From: Thainema sp.
GTDB lineage: Bacteria; Cyanobacteriota; Cyanobacteriia; Phormidesmidales; Phormidesmidaceae
Direction: 5' to 3'
Assembly: GCA_052168235.1 (NCBI GenBank)
Contig: JBQLZK010000014.1
Span: 56,495-120,494, forward strand
Length of the DNA stretch: 64,000 nucleotides
A program made the position numbers and the translations under genes. Position 1 is the first letter of the stretch, and every line of letters begins with the position of its first letter. The notes below the pieces were generated by a model that was not told the DNA's origin, did not search any database, and was given only the letters and a program-made list of their open reading frames with translations. Shown in pieces: positions 59,502 through 64,000 of this stretch.

Positions 59502-61856
59502 TTACTCCCCAACTCCCCCTTCCGCCAACGCCACAAACTGCCGCTCCGGTGTCCACTGAATTGCCCCGTCTCGTTGCGTCCAAAATACCTGAATATCGCG
59601 CTCTTCTAGCTTTTCCTCTGTATCTGGCCTCAATCTGCCAAATGCGATCGCAACTTCCGGTTTAATCTGCTCCAGCACCTGATCTTGAATGAAACCGCCG
59701 TACCACAGCAGCACGTCAACATCTTGTAGTGCTTTGGTTTGACGTAGGCTGTCTTGCACGTCTTTACCGAGAAATTCCGCAATCAGCCACGTTTGATCTT
59801 GAAATTTAACTTGGATGATACTGGGATCGCTGTAGATCACTTGGGTTTGAATTTGTCCGGTCTGATTAGCCTGAGAAGTTGGCAAGGGCTGGATTGTTAA
59901 ACCCGGTACTGACTCAAAAGCGTGAACGCTGAAGAGTTGAGTAATTGTAGTTTTGGTCTGTAGGGATTTCCATCCGTCTGATTGATCTGCTGCGATGGTG
60001 GGTGCGATCGCAGCGGCAATTCGATTAACCCCGTCCTGTTGCAGCATGGGCAGAATACCGTGCCGTACCGTTTTCTCGTTACCGTCGGTGATCAGATGGG
60101 TTTGAGTGCGATCGCGCAAGATGACTGTTGGAAAATCGGCATCCAGCACCGTCAACTCTACTGTTGCTGCCCGCGCATAGCCAATCGGAACTGCAACCAT
60201 TGCCAACGCCAGCGCACTCGCCATCCATCGCCGCTTTTGCCACCAGGGTTGCAGCCAGCTTAGGAAAATCAACCCGTAAATCAGCAGCATTTGCGGCAGC
60301 AAAATCTTACCAACTGCGTAGCTACTGCCTGGTAGGCTATTGCAGATGTTGACCAAGAAAATTAGAACCTCCACAATCTTGCCGAGTGACCACGATGCAA
60401 TGAACTGATAAAAATCAGTCCAACCTACGGCAGTCAATACTAAGCCAATGGGGATTGTGGCGATCCCGCCCAGCGTGATCACAATAATCAGTGGCGTGGT
60501 CAGAATATTCAAAATGATGCTGTAAGGAGATACTACTCCAAATGCGAATAGCGCTAGCGGCAGTGTCCATAGAAATGCTGCGATTGGCACCGATACCAGT
60601 GCCGCAATGGTTGGCGGCATCCAGTCCAAGGCTTTTGTCAGTGGCTGTACGGTAACGACTAGCCCTAACGTTGCAAGTACGCTCAGCCAAAAACCTAAAC
60701 TGCCCATCCACAACGGATTGAACAGCAGCAGTAAAAAGACAACTCCGGCCAAGGCTGCGTACTGTTTAACCCGTCGCTCCATCACCATGCCGATTAAGCC
60801 ACCCACACCCATTAAGGCCGCTCGCATGACGCTGGGTTGAATTCCGGTGAGGCCGACGTAGAAAGTTAGGACACCGAGGCCAATTCCTAATCGCGTTTTT
60901 GCTCCCAATCCCCGCGTTGCCCAAATGACAACGGACAAGAGTAAAGACACATGGAAGCCAGATGCTGCTAACGTATGAGCCAAACCTGCTTTCATAAAAG
61001 CGTCTTGCAGGTCATAAGGCACATTGGCCGCCTGCCGACCCAGCACCATGCCGCCGACCAGTTCACCATTGGGGCTACCGAGTCCTGCTATCAATGAATC
61101 AACGATGTGCGATCGCACGTTTGCCAATTCATATTGCAGTCGTCTAACACCCCAATCCGGCGGATCAGTAGATGAACAGTTATCTAAACAGTTGAAAGAC
61201 TTCGTGCTGTAAAGACTAACGCCCGCAAATATGCCCTGCCGTTTTAGATAGGCTTGGAAGTCAAATGCACCGGGATAATCAGCCGGTTTAGGCTCGTAGA
61301 GTTTGCCCGTAATTTGGACTTTTTGCCCTGGATAAACATCCTGTTTGGCTGTTTCAGATTCCTGCGCTGTGTTGGCGTTCTCTTGAGGCAGAGTAACGTA
61401 GACTTTGCCCGTTACAGTTTCCGCTGCCCCAAGCAACTGACCGTTTTTGTCTTGATTCTGAATCGCATCCGCTTCTAGAGTGAAACGAATGCGATCTCCA
61501 CGTGTGATTTGGGCTGGACTATCGACCCATCCAGTAATGACCTGCTCAATTGCTGCATCTGAAGTATTCTCAGTCTGGATATATTGACTCACGTCGTTTG
61601 CACCGACTTTGGGAAATCGCATGGCCCACCAGCTTGCGGCCAGCAGCGCGACTAGTCCAGCGACAATCCAGGTATTTCGATTCGGCCCAGTCCGCCAGCG
61701 ACGAGGTAGCGTAAACGCAAAAATCAAGCTCAGCCCTAGCAGTCCTAGCCCACCGTAAACACCGCGAATCGGCTCATGATGCAGCGCCAGCCATTCTGCG
61801 GTGCCTAATCCCAACACATACGCGCCAATAACAGTCCAGCTTTGAAGCGATCGCAT
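59502..61856 (-). CDS. comEC: ComEC/Rec2 competence protein
   Basis: PGAFDFQAYL, AGLAH.LAASGFHV, PSVMRA.LM, GFWLS.LAT; degenerate MBL-like C-terminus (WTQRDGAI). Confidence 0.92.
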   Translation of the reverse strand: MRSLQSWTVIGAYVLGLGTAEWLALHHEPIRGVYGGLGLLGLSLIFAFTLPRRWRTGPNRNTWIVAGLVALLAASWWAMRFPKVGANDVSQYIQTENTSDAAIEQVITGWVDSPAQITRGDRIRFTLEADAIQNQDKNGQLLGAAETVTGKVYVTLPQENANTAQESETAKQDVYPGQKVQITGKLYEPKPADYPGAFDFQAYLKRQGIFAGVSLYSTKSFNCLDNCSSTDPPDWGVRRLQYELANVRSHIVDSLIAGLGSPNGELVGGMVLGRQAANVPYDLQDAFMKAGLAHTLAASGFHVSLLLSVVIWATRGLGAKTRLGIGLGVLTFYVGLTGIQPSVMRAALMGVGGLIGMVMERRVKQYAALAGVVFLLLLFNPLWMGSLGFWLSVLATLGLVVTVQPLTKALDWMPPTIAALVSVPIAAFLWTLPLALFAFGVVSPYSIILNILTTPLIIVITLGGIATIPIGLVLTAVGWTDFYQFIASWSLGKIVEVLIFLVNICNSLPGSSYAVGKILLPQMLLIYGLIFLSWLQPWWQKRRWMASALALAMVAVPIGYARAATVELTVLDADFPTVILRDRTQTHLITDGNEKTVRHGILPMLQQDGVNRIAAAIAPTIAADQSDGWKSLQTKTTITQLFSVHAFESVPGLTIQPLPTSQANQTGQIQTQVIYSDPSIIQVKFQDQTWLIAEFLGKDVQDSLRQTKALQDVDVLLWYGGFIQDQVLEQIKPEVAIAFGRLRPDTEEKLEERDIQVFWTQRDGAIQWTPERQFVALAEGGVGE

Positions 61857-62087
61857 TGATGTTTTTCCTTTTTGGAATAGATGCCCTGAAATTTAGCTAT
61901 CCCAAAATTTGGCTTCCATTACCAAATCAATTGGCAGATAAATAAAAAGACCTCCAGTTCACAAACTGGAGGCTTTTTAACTCAAATGTGGTGGATCGAG
62001 TTGCGATCGCACCTGTAAATATCGCAACTTAATGCTATTTCTTCACTTAGCACTCAATCTGTCTGTAGCACTGGTATTCAACCGATC

Positions 62088-62564
62088 TTAAATCGACAAT
62101 CCCAGTCTAATCCCCAGTGCTGCATGGACAAGCAGTGCATACAGCGCAAAGCTCCCAACGTAGGCGTGAACCGTACGCAGTGACTTGTTGCCCCTAAAAC
62201 TCAATGACAATGCACCATTGAGCGCAAGCAACCCAACCACAATCGTACCTGTCCAAAAGTGATAGCTCTCGAAAATCGGCTGACCCTGCATGACCAGCGA
62301 CAAAACACCACCCGTGTAGCCCAACGCAATGAATGTAAACATCCAAGGAGCAAGCTTGCGATGTCCAGTACGGCTCTCTGTCACAACCTCCACATCGGAA
62401 GCTGTGCGTATTTTCCAGCCCGTTAAGCCAACAAAACTACCCATCACCACAACGACAATCCCCATCATCAAAGGATGGCCCCAATGCACAATCGGTTCTG
62501 GCAGATTGAACTGTGCAAACCAATTTGCGATCGGCTCCAAATAGCCCCGAATCGTCGATACCAT
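62088..62564 (-). CDS. DUF4079 family membrane protein
   Basis: WGHPLMMG, GYTGGVLSLVMQ, ES.HFWTG, LRTVHAY; four TM segments with His residues. Confidence 0.85.
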   Translation of the reverse strand: MVSTIRGYLEPIANWFAQFNLPEPIVHWGHPLMMGIVVVVMGSFVGLTGWKIRTASDVEVVTESRTGHRKLAPWMFTFIALGYTGGVLSLVMQGQPIFESYHFWTGTIVVGLLALNGALSLSFRGNKSLRTVHAYVGSFALYALLVHAALGIRLGLSI

Positions 62565-62670
62565 ACCTATCCCTTGAAATCTTTAAGAAACATTAAGTAT
62601 TCTATCTGAGCTTTGGGGTAAGACAAGGTAGCTAGGTTTACTCAACTGCCATTAGGGAATGTACGCGTAA

Positions 62671-63588
62671 TTAAATTTCGGCGTTGTTTGTCACAACTGC
62701 TGGTTGTGGAGCCGAGGCTTGAGCCTTACGGAGAGGAAATCCTAACTGCTCACGCTGCTCTAGATAAAGTTGGGCAACCCGTCGGGCCAAACTTCTCACC
62801 TGTCGAATGTAGCGAGTCCGCTCCGTAACTGAAATAACTCCCCGCGCATCCAACAGGTTAAACGTGTGAGAGCACTTCAGTACGTAGTCGTAGGCAGGCA
62901 GCACTAAACCCTTATCCATTAACTGCTCTGCCTCCTGCTGATACAAGTTGAACAGCGTAAATAGCAGCTCCGAATTAGATGCCTCAAAGTTATAGGTGGA
63001 ATGTTCAATTTCACCCTGCATATGAACATCCCCATAACTTAGCGTTTCGTTCCACTGAATTTTTGCGATCGCATCCACCTCTTGCAGATACATCGTTAAT
63101 CGCTCTAAACCATAGGTCAGCTCAATGGATACCGGGTCGCAGTCAATCCCGCCACACTGTTGGAAATAGGTGAACTGAGTAATCTCCATTCCGTCCAGCC
63201 ACACCTCCCAGCCCACGCCCCAAGCACCAACTGCTGCATCTTCCCAGTTATCTTCCACAAACCGGATATCGTGATCCTCCGGCTGAATTCCCAAAGCTCT
63301 GAGCGAATCCAAGTAGACATCCTGAATATCCGGCGGGGACGGCTTGATCAACACTTGGTACTGATAGTAGTGTTGATATCGATTAGGATTTTCACCATAC
63401 CGACCATCCGCAGGCCGCCGACACGGTTCAACATAAGCAACCGACCACGGCTCTGGCCCAATCGCCCGCAGAAACGTATGTGGACTTTTCGTTCCAGCTC
63501 CTTTCTCAGTATCATACGGCTGCACAATCAAACAGCCGCGATCGCTCCAAAACTGATGCAAAGTGGCAATCACAGATTGAAAATTCAC
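62671..63588 (-). CDS. glyQ: Glycine--tRNA ligase alpha subunit
   Basis: [68 protein letters not shown] start. Confidence 0.98.
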   Translation of the reverse strand: MNFQSVIATLHQFWSDRGCLIVQPYDTEKGAGTKSPHTFLRAIGPEPWSVAYVEPCRRPADGRYGENPNRYQHYYQYQVLIKPSPPDIQDVYLDSLRALGIQPEDHDIRFVEDNWEDAAVGAWGVGWEVWLDGMEITQFTYFQQCGGIDCDPVSIELTYGLERLTMYLQEVDAIAKIQWNETLSYGDVHMQGEIEHSTYNFEASNSELLFTLFNLYQQEAEQLMDKGLVLPAYDYVLKCSHTFNLLDARGVISVTERTRYIRQVRSLARRVAQLYLEQREQLGFPLRKAQASAPQPAVVTNNAEI

Positions 63589-63927
63589 AGCTTCTCCCCG
63601 TCCATATCTATCAATGCAGCAAGTTCCCTCTTGATTTATTACCTAAGAGGCCGACTCCTATTGTGCCTGATAGTAATAGCAATCCAACTGGAATTTGCCC
63701 ATCAGCTTCTGGATTTTGGATTTTCCACCTGTCGGGAAATGGGATAGAAACAGGTCAAAAGTCTTCCCAATAGATGTTTTGACTATCTGCCGCATCCTGA
63801 CCTAAACATTTCACCCAACAATCCTAGATTTTTTCTGTCCAGTTGCCTCTTAAATAACCTTTCCAAATCCCTGCACCTCTTGTTTTATCTACCTTTGAGG
63901 TTTCCCGAAAAAGTCCAAGAGAAGGTA

Positions 63928-63956
63928 TTGACAGTTTCATGCAGAGTCGTTATATT
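63928..63956 (+). promoter_or_regulatory. Consensus sigma70 promoter, probably of an rRNA operon beyond the window
   Basis: TTGACA-17 nt-TATATT followed by GATAAAGCGC; no ORF downstream within the window. Confidence 0.7.
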
Positions 63957-64000
63957 GATAAAGCGCTGGAGGAGAGAGCGTTTGTGCTGAGCTCCTTGAG

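Larger units (their letters stand above)
1010..63545. repeat. HIP1 octamer GCGATCGC dispersed throughout
   Basis: Dozens of copies in coding and intergenic DNA (e.g. 1010, 1732, 18149, 19956), often extended to TGCGATCGCA. Confidence 0.97.

Noticed and set aside
59170..59665. Plus-strand ORFs of 129 and 109 aa
   Set aside because: Antisense to tRNA-Ser and comEC and running through low-complexity short tandem repeats; shadow ORFs.

Overview
Chromosomal window from a cyanobacterium: HIP1 (GCGATCGC) is very dense, and psbP, ndhD, a SigD-type sigma factor and VKOR-Trx are present. It is mostly scattered core and housekeeping genes (mnmE, infC, gpmI, secG, folB, menD, pheS, glyQ, comEC, tRNA-Ser(CGA)), and it ends in a consensus sigma70 promoter that probably drives an rRNA operon just outside the window. 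Accessory content includes a persulfide dioxygenase-rhodanese-TauE sulfur operon with a candidate operator, two subtilases (one apparently circularly permuted), an NTT/MFS-HEAT plus cNMP-binding gene pair, and a small AT-rich GIY-YIG islet. No CRISPR array, prophage or transposase was seen. The main unexplained structure is intergenic: at least six families of 50-125 bp dispersed hairpin/MITE/REP-like elements with target-site duplications, compensatory stem changes, nesting and insertion at stop codons. There are also several unannotated small ORFs (5601, 36393, 52107-52265) and a candidate anti-Shine-Dalgarno sRNA near 45.5 kb. All product calls come from motif recognition by eye; no database searches were run.
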